Source of the DNA: Clostridia bacterium
GTDB lineage: Bacteria; Bacillota; Clostridia; CAKSNL01; HGM11501
NCBI GenBank assembly: GCA_045545475.1
Contig: JAZQAZ010000037.1
Span: 1 to 45,380 of the forward strand
DNA length: 45,380 bases
Reading direction: 5' to 3'
In this document: positions 36,826 to 45,380 of the stretch, in pieces
How positions within the stretch are numbered: the first letter of the stretch is position 1
Layout of the letters: each line of letters opens with the position of its first letter
Notes under the pieces: model-generated
The model's database searches: none
What the model saw: only the letters and a program-made list of their open reading frames with translations
Told to the model about the DNA's origin: nothing
Position numbers and translations under genes: made by a program

Positions 36826-39312
36826 ATGAAAGTATTTGAAAGAAAAAGCCGTCTTGCGCCTTTTTTCTGGTTACACGGGGAAAGTAAAGACGTTTTAGAA
36901 GAAGAAATTGAAGCAATATATAATTCGGGAATTCGTGCGGTGTGTTTAGAATCCCGTACTCACGAGGATTTTTGTAAGGAACATTGGTTTTCGGATGTGA
37001 AATTCATACTTGAAGAGTGCAAAAAGCGTGATATGAAAGTGTGGATTCTGGACGATAAACACTTTCCTTCCGGTTATGCTGCGGGAGCACTTGAAAATGA
37101 AAATCTGGATATGCGAGCATGGGGAATAACTGAAAATCACGTTGATATTCCCGGAGGAATGGATGATATCTCTTTGATTGCCGAAACAAGGGTAATGCCT
37201 GAGGACGAGCTGGTTGCGATTGTTGCATGTCGCCACAAAGACGGCAAAGGGCTTCTTACAGGGGAGACGATTAATCTCACTGACAAGCTTTCTGACGGGA
37301 TGTTGCATTTTTCCCTTCCGGAAGGAATGTGGAGAATATTCTATATATTAAAAACTCGCTCCGGTATAAGCAAAGGGATGCTTAAATACATTGATATGCT
37401 TCGTCCGGAGTCAGTGGATATCTTTATAAATACGGTTTATGAAAAGCACTATGCCGAGCTTTCCGATGAGTTCGGAAAAACTTTTATGGGCTTTTTCTCC
37501 GACGAACCGGCATTTCACAACGGTGCGAAGTCAATGGTTGAAACAGGCGTATTGTTCAGCCACCATCCTTACGGAAACTCTGTACTGGATTATCTTAAAG
37601 GAATATACGGCGACGATGCCGTGAAGCTCCTTCCGGGACTCTGGGCTGATTTTGATGACGGCAGAGAAAACGAAATTCGCTATACCTATATGGATTTTAT
37701 AACAAAGGAATACAGAAATAATTTCTGTAATCGCATAGCAGATTGGTGCCATGACCACGGGGTGAAATATATAGGACACGTAATAGAAGATAACAGAATT
37801 GATGCCACAACGGGAAACGGATGTGGGCACTATTTCAGGGCTCTTGATAAGCAGGATATGTCGGGAATAGATGTAGTACTTACTCAGCTTGTTCCCGGAA
37901 TGCAGAACTGCGATAATGCCGGACCAACAAGCTATCGCCATATGAATTATAATTTCTATAAATATATGCTTGCAAAGCTTGGTTCATCAATGGCACATCT
38001 TGACGAGCGTAAAGGCGGAGAGGCGATGTGCGAAATATTCGGTGCATTTGGCTGGGTAGAGGGAACGAAGACAATGAAATGGCTTTCTGACCATATGCTT
38101 GTTCGCGGTATAAACTATTATGTTCCTCATGCGTTTTCGGCAAAAGAAAATGATGCCGACTGTCCTCCGGTTTTCTATTACAGAGGTAAAAATCCCCAGT
38201 ATAGATATTTTAAGAAAATTGCTGACTATTTGGAGAGGGGAAGCAGCATATTGTCAGGCGGTCGCCATATAGCTGATGTGGCTCTTTTGTACGATGCGGA
38301 GTATAAATGGATAAATAAGAGTTATGTGCCTTTAGAGGACATAGCAAAGGAATTATATACCAATCAGATAGATTTTGATATTATCCCCGCAGACTACCTT
38401 GAAAAAGTAAAGGTGAAAAACGGATGCTTATCTATAAATAACGAAAGCTTTAAGGCGCTTATAGTGCCTTGCGGCTCATGGATGCATCCAGAAATAAAAG
38501 CAAAGCTGAAAACACTTTTAGATAGCGGTGCAGATATCATATATGCGAGAAACACACGAAACGAAGACAGCGAAAATGTTATCACACAATACATAAAAAA
38601 ATTGGGCTGTGATGTATCAATCAATATAAAAAATCCTGACATACACATTCTTCATTATGCAAAAGATGATAAAGATATTTATATGATTACCAATGAGGGA
38701 ATTTTCGATGAGGCTACCTTTACTTTCAAAATGAGTAAAGAAGCAAAGGCGGCTGCACTTTATGATGCTATGGAAGACAGGTTATACAAGACTGAAATAA
38801 AGCAAAACGCTGCCGAAATAACTCTGCCTCCTTACGGTTCTATATTTCTTATTACAGGCATTGAAGGTGAAGAAGAAATGCCTGAAGCCAAAAGAGAGGA
38901 AAAGCTTTCATTAAATTACAGAATTTCACTTGCTGAAATAAATGAAGACAAATTTATTGATTATGCAAAAACAGAAAAACTTTTCAATATAACAGGAAGA
39001 AACGAAAAACCTCGTTTTTCAGGACATATATTGTATAAAACAAGTTTTTCTGCTAAAAAAGGTAAATACCTTTTGGACCTTGGCTATGTGGGAGAAATTG
39101 CAGAAATTACGTTGAACGGAAAGAACTTAGGCAGCCGTATAATGCCTCCTTATACCTTTGATATATCGGAGGCTGTGATAGACGGGGAAAATGAGCTTTT
39201 GGTTGAAGTAACAAACACAAATGTATTCCTTCTGCGCGATAATTTATCTTCTTTTATGAGGATTGAACCGTCGGGACTTTTAGGACCGGTTACACTTAAA
39301 GAAATAAAATAA
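36826..39312 (+). CDS. GH106-like glycoside hydrolase (putative alpha-L-rhamnosidase) with C-terminal GH2-type sugar-binding domain
   Basis: PFFWLHGE, WILDDKHFPSGYA, GFFSDEP, IGHVIED, CEIFGAFGW, GINYYVPHAF, SGLLGPV. Confidence 0.8.
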   Translation: MKVFERKSRLAPFFWLHGESKDVLEEEIEAIYNSGIRAVCLESRTHEDFCKEHWFSDVKFILEECKKRDMKVWILDDKHFPSGYAAGALENENLDMRAWGITENHVDIPGGMDDISLIAETRVMPEDELVAIVACRHKDGKGLLTGETINLTDKLSDGMLHFSLPEGMWRIFYILKTRSGISKGMLKYIDMLRPESVDIFINTVYEKHYAELSDEFGKTFMGFFSDEPAFHNGAKSMVETGVLFSHHPYGNSVLDYLKGIYGDDAVKLLPGLWADFDDGRENEIRYTYMDFITKEYRNNFCNRIADWCHDHGVKYIGHVIEDNRIDATTGNGCGHYFRALDKQDMSGIDVVLTQLVPGMQNCDNAGPTSYRHMNYNFYKYMLAKLGSSMAHLDERKGGEAMCEIFGAFGWVEGTKTMKWLSDHMLVRGINYYVPHAFSAKENDADCPPVFYYRGKNPQYRYFKKIADYLERGSSILSGGRHIADVALLYDAEYKWINKSYVPLEDIAKELYTNQIDFDIIPADYLEKVKVKNGCLSINNESFKALIVPCGSWMHPEIKAKLKTLLDSGADIIYARNTRNEDSENVITQYIKKLGCDVSINIKNPDIHILHYAKDDKDIYMITNEGIFDEATFTFKMSKEAKAAALYDAMEDRLYKTEIKQNAAEITLPPYGSIFLITGIEGEEEMPEAKREEKLSLNYRISLAEINEDKFIDYAKTEKLFNITGRNEKPRFSGHILYKTSFSAKKGKYLLDLGYVGEIAEITLNGKNLGSRIMPPYTFDISEAVIDGENELLVEVTNTNVFLLRDNLSSFMRIEPSGLLGPVTLKEIK

Positions 39313-39323
39313 CGGAGGTTATT

Positions 39324-40148
39324 ATGCAGATAGGATGTTTTTACGATGTAATTTCTGCAGGAGTAAAAGAGATGGGGTTTGAGAATATTGATGCTTGTCT
39401 TGAAGATGCAAGAAAGCTTGGCATCTGCTCAGTTGATGTATGCTCTGCATTTCTGGAAGCGGAAGAACCTGAAATATTTGCGTCAAGACTTAAAAGACAT
39501 GGAATTGAAATTGCTTCCGTGCACGGATTTTTAAGATGCCCGTATAAAACAAAAGAGGAAAGGGAAAAGAGCATCAAGGATATGTGCGGGGCAATGGACC
39601 TTGCGAAAAGAGCAGGAGCTTCACGGTTTATGATAGTTCCGCAAAAGCCACTTCCCTTTGATGAAAGCGATATTGAAATTCTCCGGGAATTTATTATTGA
39701 GGTGTTCAGAGAATCTGCGAAATACGGAAAACGTATAGGGCTCATACCTACAGTCGAAAACTATTCCGACAGATTTTACAATTATACAACAATCGAAGAC
39801 ATTGAATATCTTCTTGCTGAAATCCCGGAGCTTTCTTTCACCTATGACAGCGGAAATTTTCCTCTGGCAGGGATTTCGGAAGTGGAAGCTGCGAAAGTGA
39901 TGGCAAAAAGAATTGTTTACTGTCACCTTAAGGATCTGGTTGTATGCGAGAAGTCCAATATATTGAGAGATGGAAAATACTACGATTCGGTTGCAATTGG
40001 AGACGGATTTATGGATAACAAGAAAGCGATAGATATTCTTAAGGAAGCAGGCTATGACGGACCTTTGATGGTTGAAATATGCGGTAATGCTGATAAATAC
40101 AAAAAATGTAAAAAATCTATTGAATATCTGAAGAGTATAGGAGTATAA
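39324..40148 (+). CDS. Sugar phosphate isomerase/epimerase (TIM barrel)
   Basis: TVENY, TYDSGNF, CHLKD, AGYDGPLMVE. Confidence 0.85.
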   Translation: MQIGCFYDVISAGVKEMGFENIDACLEDARKLGICSVDVCSAFLEAEEPEIFASRLKRHGIEIASVHGFLRCPYKTKEEREKSIKDMCGAMDLAKRAGASRFMIVPQKPLPFDESDIEILREFIIEVFRESAKYGKRIGLIPTVENYSDRFYNYTTIEDIEYLLAEIPELSFTYDSGNFPLAGISEVEAAKVMAKRIVYCHLKDLVVCEKSNILRDGKYYDSVAIGDGFMDNKKAIDILKEAGYDGPLMVEICGNADKYKKCKKSIEYLKSIGV

Positions 40149-40219
40149 TGTCAGTATGCTCGGAAGATCGTTATTAAGCATATTTCTTTTCTCCCATACT
40201 CAAAATAATAAAATGAGGA

Positions 40220-41024
40220 ATGAAAATGATATCGAATTACCATACACATACATCGTTTTGTGACGGCAAAAATACACCTGAAGAAATAGTTTTATATGCA
40301 ATTGAAAAAGGATTTTCGTCAATAGGATTTTCTGGACACGGATACACACCCTTTGATTTAAGATATTGTATGCAGGATGAAGAGGGATATATTGAAGAAG
40401 TATCAAGACTAAAAGATAAATATGGCGAAAAAATTGAGATTTATTGCGGTGTTGAAGAGGATGCTTTTTCGTATGTAAACAGAGAAAGCTTTGATTATAT
40501 TATAGGAAGCTCACACTATTTTCATATTAAGGACAAATACTATCCTATTGACTCAAACTATGATTATTTCAAGAAATGTCTGGAGGTTTTTCATTATGAT
40601 GCGGAAAAACTTGCAGAAACTTATTACAGAACATTTGTAAATTATATTGAAAAAAAAAACTGATATCGTTGGGCATTTTGATGTTATAACAAAATTTGAT
40701 GAAATTGATGAAATGCGTTTTTTAAACAACGTGCAATATTTAAGCCTTGCACAAGAATACATAAAAAGAGCTGCACAGGCTGATGTGATTTTTGAAGTGA
40801 ATACAGGCGCTATGTCAAGAGGAGTCAGAAAAACACCATATCTGGGAGAAAACTTGCTTCATATTCTGAAAAAGCAAAATGGCAAAGTGCTTCTTTCTTC
40901 GGATAGTCACAGTGTTGAGACGCTGAATTATTACTTTGATGAAATGGAATATATTTTGCGTGATGTCGGATTTGATTGTGTATATGAACTAAATAAAGGC
41001 AAGTTCAGAAAAAGATATATATAA
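40220..41024 (+). pseudogene. HisJ-family PHP phosphatase split by frameshift in A10 tract
   Basis: NYHTHTSFCDG, GFSGH, DYIIGSSH in the first frame; DIVGHFD, FEVNTG, SSDSH in the second; junction at A10 40650-40659. Confidence 0.85.
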
Positions 41025-41065
41025 TTTTTTGCTCCTGACAAGATAAAAAGTCAGGAGCAAAAATT
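41025..41065. terminator. Hairpin after PHP gene
   Basis: atttttgctcctgac...gtcaggagcaaaaat. Confidence 0.7.
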
Positions 41066-41114
41066 AAGTCGCTAAAGGATAAAACGTGGCATTAAGATTT
41101 TATGGAGGGAATTT

Positions 41115-42173
41115 ATGAATATCAGGGACATTGAAACACCTGCATTGATAGTTGATAAAAAAATTATGCTTGAAAATATGAAAGCGATGGATACCATTAT
41201 ATCGGGAACGAATCTGAAACTTCGTCCGCACTACAAGTCTCACAAGTGTTCAGAGCTTGCACAGCTGCAAATCAAAAATGGAGCTAAAGGAATGACGTGC
41301 TCAAAGCTGAGTGAAGCGATTGACCTTTGTGATTGCGGCATTGATGATATTTTAATTGCAAATCAGATTACTGATGCAAAGAAAATACGAAGACTTGCAG
41401 ACCTGGCGGGTTGTTGCCGCCTGACAGTTTGTGTTGATGATGAAAATAATATCAGAGAGCTTGCAAAAGCAGCAAAAAATTCGGGGACGACAATATATTG
41501 TCTGGTTGAATATGAGATTGGAATGAAACGTTGCGGCGTCCTTACCAAAGAAGAAGTTTTAAGCTTGGTTCGCGTGATAGAAGAGTGTGAAAACCTTGTG
41601 TTTGAAGGAATACAGGCTTATGCAGGTCATGCATCACATATGACAGATACCGAAGAAAGAAAAAATATAACGTATACCAATTTTGATAAATTAGGAAAGC
41701 TTCTCAGCTATCTTAAGGAAAATAATGTTAATGTCAACATAGTTTCTGGCGGAAGCACAGGAACCGCTGAATTGAAAACAAAAAGCGTATATAATGAGCT
41801 GCAGGCAGGAAGTTATCTTTTTATGGATTATACATATAGGGACCTCGATTTGCCATTTAAAAACTCGTTATTTGTACTTTCGACAGTTGTCAGCAGAAAG
41901 GACGGGCTTACTGTAGTTGATGCAGGGGTTAAAACCTGCGGAGTAGACCAGGGCATGCCGGGGATATATGATAACGCCTGCGAAGAAGTTGTTGCAAGCG
42001 AAGAGCATTTTCAATTACATAAATTAAGTAAAGCCTTAAACGTTGGAGATAAGATAAAACTTATACCGGGACATTGTTGTTCAACAGTAAATCTTCATGA
42101 TAAAATATACCTTGTTGAAGACGACAAAGTGGTAGGACGTCTGCTTGTCACAGCACGTGGTATGGGTAAATGA
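41115..42173 (+). CDS. DSD1-family PLP enzyme (D-threonine aldolase / D-serine dehydratase-like)
   Basis: ETPALIVD, LRPHYKSHK (PLP Lys), GIQAYAGH, SGGSTGT, ELQAGSYLFMD, SEEH, IPGHCCSTVNLHD. Confidence 0.9.
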   Translation: MNIRDIETPALIVDKKIMLENMKAMDTIISGTNLKLRPHYKSHKCSELAQLQIKNGAKGMTCSKLSEAIDLCDCGIDDILIANQITDAKKIRRLADLAGCCRLTVCVDDENNIRELAKAAKNSGTTIYCLVEYEIGMKRCGVLTKEEVLSLVRVIEECENLVFEGIQAYAGHASHMTDTEERKNITYTNFDKLGKLLSYLKENNVNVNIVSGGSTGTAELKTKSVYNELQAGSYLFMDYTYRDLDLPFKNSLFVLSTVVSRKDGLTVVDAGVKTCGVDQGMPGIYDNACEEVVASEEHFQLHKLSKALNVGDKIKLIPGHCCSTVNLHDKIYLVEDDKVVGRLLVTARGMGK

Positions 42174-42294
42174 TTTTTATGAATTGCTGGAATTTATAGG
42201 ATGATTATAGTAGAGAAGTAATTCAAAATTTGGTTATTAGGGTGATAAGAGGTATTTTCTTTCCTTATTACTCTGATAATATATAACCACTCAA

Positions 42295-42332
42295 CATAAA
42301 AGCCACCTTAAGGTGGCTTTTATGCTTTTTTT
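42295..42332. terminator. Palindromic terminator
   Basis: cataaaagccaccttaaggtggcttttatg followed by a T run. Confidence 0.7.
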
Positions 42333-42486
42333 CTTAAAATAATGTCTCAAACGAACAAATAAATAACGAGAAGAAAACAAGTGTTTCTGAAACGAAACAC
42401 TTGTTTTCTTTATATATAAAAAAGCCTATAAAAGCATCATCAGTTCACATCATGGTACAAAATTACCTCTTTTTTCTCAAAAAGTG

Positions 42487-42541
42487 CGTATTTGCGTATA
42501 AAGCCTTGTAGCACAAGGGATTGGGGGCGTAAAAAGTGCGT
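42487..42541 (+). repeat. ~55-bp conserved motif, copy 3
   Basis: Ungapped match to copy 1 at about 40/55 positions by manual count. Confidence 0.65.
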
Positions 42542-42671
42542 AATCACTGCGTATTTTTTGCGTAAAAATAAAGCGGCTACATTCGTACAGAAAAAACCAA
42601 CAAATAATTAGAAGGGAATTTTTTTAAAAATAAAAACCTTTTAATAAACAATAAATTAGGAGAGATACATT

Positions 42672-42878
42672 ATGGCTAAAATAATACGTAAATGTAGACT
42701 TGCAGACTCCTCCCACAGAAATATAGACCTGAGACATTATGAAGATATCATCTTAGAAACCATAAATAAGACCGTACCCGGGAAAAATCCTTCGGTACAC
42801 AGGGATTCTTTCGTTACAGATAAGCTGACTCAAAGTGAGGCTGTAACTATAAACTTCACCTTATCTAGCTCGGATTGA
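42672..42878 (+). CDS. Small hypothetical protein, possibly truncated mobile-element remnant
   Basis: AGGAG RBS, 68 aa, AT-rich surroundings. Confidence 0.55.
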   Translation: MAKIIRKCRLADSSHRNIDLRHYEDIILETINKTVPGKNPSVHRDSFVTDKLTQSEAVTINFTLSSSD

Positions 42879-43013
42879 GCGAAAGGAATTTAAAACTTGT
42901 ATATCAAAAATAACAGGGCTTGGGAGGTCGAATGTTTCCGTTTATAATACATATCCGGAAAAACTATAACGGGATGAATTTTGCAGAAAAAAGAAAAATA
43001 ATAAGGCGTTATA

Positions 43014-43234
43014 ATTTCCTTGCCATATCTGCTACAACACCCGACACACCAAGGCTATCCATATAGCAAATGACTCTATAATGAAAGGTGAAGCGTCGCC
43101 TCTGATGCGTCGGAACAAGCAAAGCTTGCTCTGACTTTTTTATGCAAAAAAGTCTTCCGCAGCACCGCTGCTCTTCCTTTTCCCCAAAAAGCCAAAGGCT
43201 TTCCGGAGACCCCTTATGCACGCTTTTTCTTTTG
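43014..43234 (+). repeat. ~225-bp structured intergenic repeat, copy 2
   Basis: Same orientation as 13666-13895; lacks the cctttgggt part of the terminal hairpin. Confidence 0.9.
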
Positions 43235-43268
43235 CTCTTCATTCGCTAAAAAACTACTGTAAAAGCTG

Positions 43269-43297
43269 TTGACAAAGATTTTTTTCGGGAGTAAAAT
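43269..43297 (+). promoter_or_regulatory. sigmaA promoter of GH1 gene
   Basis: TTGACA-17-TAAAAT. Confidence 0.65.
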
Positions 43298-43351
43298 ACT
43301 ATTATACAAAAGATGAAACAAAATTACAGCATATAAACGGAGGGTGCGAAA

Positions 43352-44689
43352 ATGGATAACGTTTTTCCCAAGGATTTTATATGGGGCGTGGCAACAAGTG
43401 CCGGACAGATAGAAGGCGGAGCCTTGCAGGACGGCAGAGGAAAGAGCATATGGGATGTTTTTGCCGAAACTCCCGGTAAAATTTTCGGCGGACATACACC
43501 TTCGGTTGCCTGCGACAGCTATAACAGATTTGACAGGGACTTAGAAATGCTTAAATTCCTTGGCGTGGACAGCTACCGTCTTTCTATGTCCTGGTCAAGA
43601 GTGCTTCCCGAAGGAACGGGAAAACTCAATGAAAAAGGAATGGACTATTATAAAAGCGTTTTTGAAAAGCTGCTTGAAGCAGGGATAAAGCCCAACGTAA
43701 CATTATATCATTGGGATTTACCTCAGGCACTTGAAGATAAAGGCGGCTGGGTAAACCGTGATGTTATAGACTGGTTTGGCGAATATGCGGAAAAGATGTT
43801 TTCTGCATTCGGAAGCCTTGTTCCCATGTGGTCAACGGTTAACGAACCTATTGCTACATATGTTGGCTATGCCCTGGGCGGCTTTGCACCGGGCCACAGA
43901 AATGAAAAGTGGGGAAATCAGGCTCGTCACAACATTTTGGTTGCTCACGGTAAGGGCGTGGAGGCCTTCAGAGCGGCCAATCTCAAAAACTCCGAAATAG
44001 GTGTGGTAATAGACATATGGAAGCGTCACGCTTTAACGGATTCACCTGAAGACAAAGCTCTTGTAATTGACCAGGATGAGCGTAACTGGAAGTTTTACTG
44101 CGATCCTATCCTTAAAGGAAGCTATTCAGATTATATCTTAAATAAGCTTTCAGAGGAAGGCACTCTTATGGAAATGCATGAAGACGATTTCCGCCTTACA
44201 TCCAAGAAGCTTGATTTCTTCGGTCTTAATGTCTATAATCGTGTTATGGTAAGCAAAGATGCCAAGGCAAGGGCGGACTTTTCTCAGGGGGGAAACTTCC
44301 TTAACAACAAGACAGAATACTATCCCGATGCACTTTACGATGCAGTAAAGCTTTTGCATGAGCTTTATAACATTGATGTCCCGATTTATGTTACCGAAAA
44401 CGGTACATACTTCGAAGGGGAAGAGACTATAGATGAAAACGGCACAGTTTTGGATTATGACCGCATAAAATACGTTTCCGGCTTCCTTGACAGCCTTAAA
44501 AAGGCACTTTCTGAAGGTTATGATATAAGAGGCTATTACCTCTGGAGCCTTATGGATAATTTCGAATGGTCGGCAGGATACAACTATAAATTCGGAATAA
44601 CCCGACTTGAAAAAGAGACAATGAATCTTATTCCGAAAAAGAGTGCATTGTTCTATAAGGACTTCATAAAAGAGAAAAAAGGATTATAA
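43352..44689 (+). CDS. GH1 beta-glucosidase
   Basis: FPKDFIWGVATSAGQIEG, TLYHWDLPQ, TVNEP (acid/base), YVTENG (nucleophile), WSLMDNFEWSAGY. Confidence 0.97.
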   Translation: MDNVFPKDFIWGVATSAGQIEGGALQDGRGKSIWDVFAETPGKIFGGHTPSVACDSYNRFDRDLEMLKFLGVDSYRLSMSWSRVLPEGTGKLNEKGMDYYKSVFEKLLEAGIKPNVTLYHWDLPQALEDKGGWVNRDVIDWFGEYAEKMFSAFGSLVPMWSTVNEPIATYVGYALGGFAPGHRNEKWGNQARHNILVAHGKGVEAFRAANLKNSEIGVVIDIWKRHALTDSPEDKALVIDQDERNWKFYCDPILKGSYSDYILNKLSEEGTLMEMHEDDFRLTSKKLDFFGLNVYNRVMVSKDAKARADFSQGGNFLNNKTEYYPDALYDAVKLLHELYNIDVPIYVTENGTYFEGEETIDENGTVLDYDRIKYVSGFLDSLKKALSEGYDIRGYYLWSLMDNFEWSAGYNYKFGITRLEKETMNLIPKKSALFYKDFIKEKKGL

Positions 44690-44790
44690 TAAAAAGCACC
44701 ATGTTACTTTCTAGACAGGTAAATAATTTGCAGATTTCCGGAAAAACTGGCAAATAAAAAATTTATTTATATAACAGGAGGATTGGTGTA

Positions 44791-45380
44791 ATGAAACAAA
44801 GATTTTTCAGTATGCTTTTATGTATGCTTATGTGTATAGTGAGTATTCCAACTTTGGCAGCCTCAAAAGGACTGCCTGACGAAATAAAAGCCATTGCTTC
44901 GGAGTATGAATGGGAGGTTTTAAAACTGGTCAATATCGAGCGTGCAAATGCCGGTCTTCAGTCATTATCTATGGTTTCTGAGCTTCAGGCATCCTGCGAT
45001 ATTCGTGCAGTTGAGCTGGAGACTTCATTTTCGCACACCAGACCTAACGGCTCCGGTTGTTATACAACAATACCGAAATCATTCCCCCACAAAGGTACGG
45101 GCGAAAATGCGGCAAAAGGGCAAACCGGACCCGAGGAGGTGGTGGAATCGTGGATGAACAGCTCCGGACACCGTGCGAATATTTTAAGCTACTCGGCCGG
45201 ATATATGGGAGTCGGGTATGCAGAGAAAGAAAACACATGGATACAGCAATTTACAGCCCGTGATACTATTGTAGACTGTAAGGTAAGCACCGACCTAAGA
45301 AGCTTGAACTCAAGAGAAATTTCAGAAGTTTATCTGACCCTGACAACTGCAAACGGCTATGTTTCATATATGCCCCTTTC
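44791..45380 (+). CDS. Secreted CAP/SCP domain protein (3'-truncated)
   Basis: GGAGG RBS, signal peptide, VLKLVNIERANAGL, FSHTRPNG, GENAAKG, WMNSSGHRANIL; runs off the window and is not in the ORF track. Confidence 0.9.
   Translation, partial: MKQRFFSMLLCMLMCIVSIPTLAASKGLPDEIKAIASEYEWEVLKLVNIERANAGLQSLSMVSELQASCDIRAVELETSFSHTRPNGSGCYTTIPKSFPHKGTGENAAKGQTGPEEVVESWMNSSGHRANILSYSAGYMGVGYAEKENTWIQQFTARDTIVDCKVSTDLRSLNSREISEVYLTLTTANGYVSYMPL

Overview
Clostridia-like (Bacillota) chromosomal window in two parts. (1) <1 to ~13.7 kb is the right part of an integrative element. It has small acidic ORFs (DUF4314, DpnD/PcfM-like, DUF1643), two large serine recombinases, an SSB-like gene plus a DUF927 ATPase/helicase, and an AT-rich three-gene cargo operon (sce7726-like nuclease, sce7725/beta-like protein, RES protein) that is a candidate anti-phage system. 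The backbone gene set parallels staphylococcal SCC elements. (2) ~14.5-45.4 kb is a glycan-utilisation region: GH78 and GH106-like rhamnosidases, AraC, a secreted GH99-like enzyme, two TIM-barrel isomerases, a frameshifted PHP phosphatase, a DSD1-like PLP enzyme, GH1 and a CAP-domain protein. At its centre are three very large secreted proteins built from ten copies of a ~280-aa GGA-rich beta-helix module. An uncalled 52-aa YxxPxL...EDVIxxSG peptide gene lies between the two proteins that share an unnamed G-x-[IL]-R-[FI] domain. Non-coding structure includes a ~225-bp repeat at 13.7 and 43.0 kb, a ~55-bp motif in three copies, and a small element with outward-facing tRNA-like ends. All family calls are from motif recognition by eye; no searches were run.
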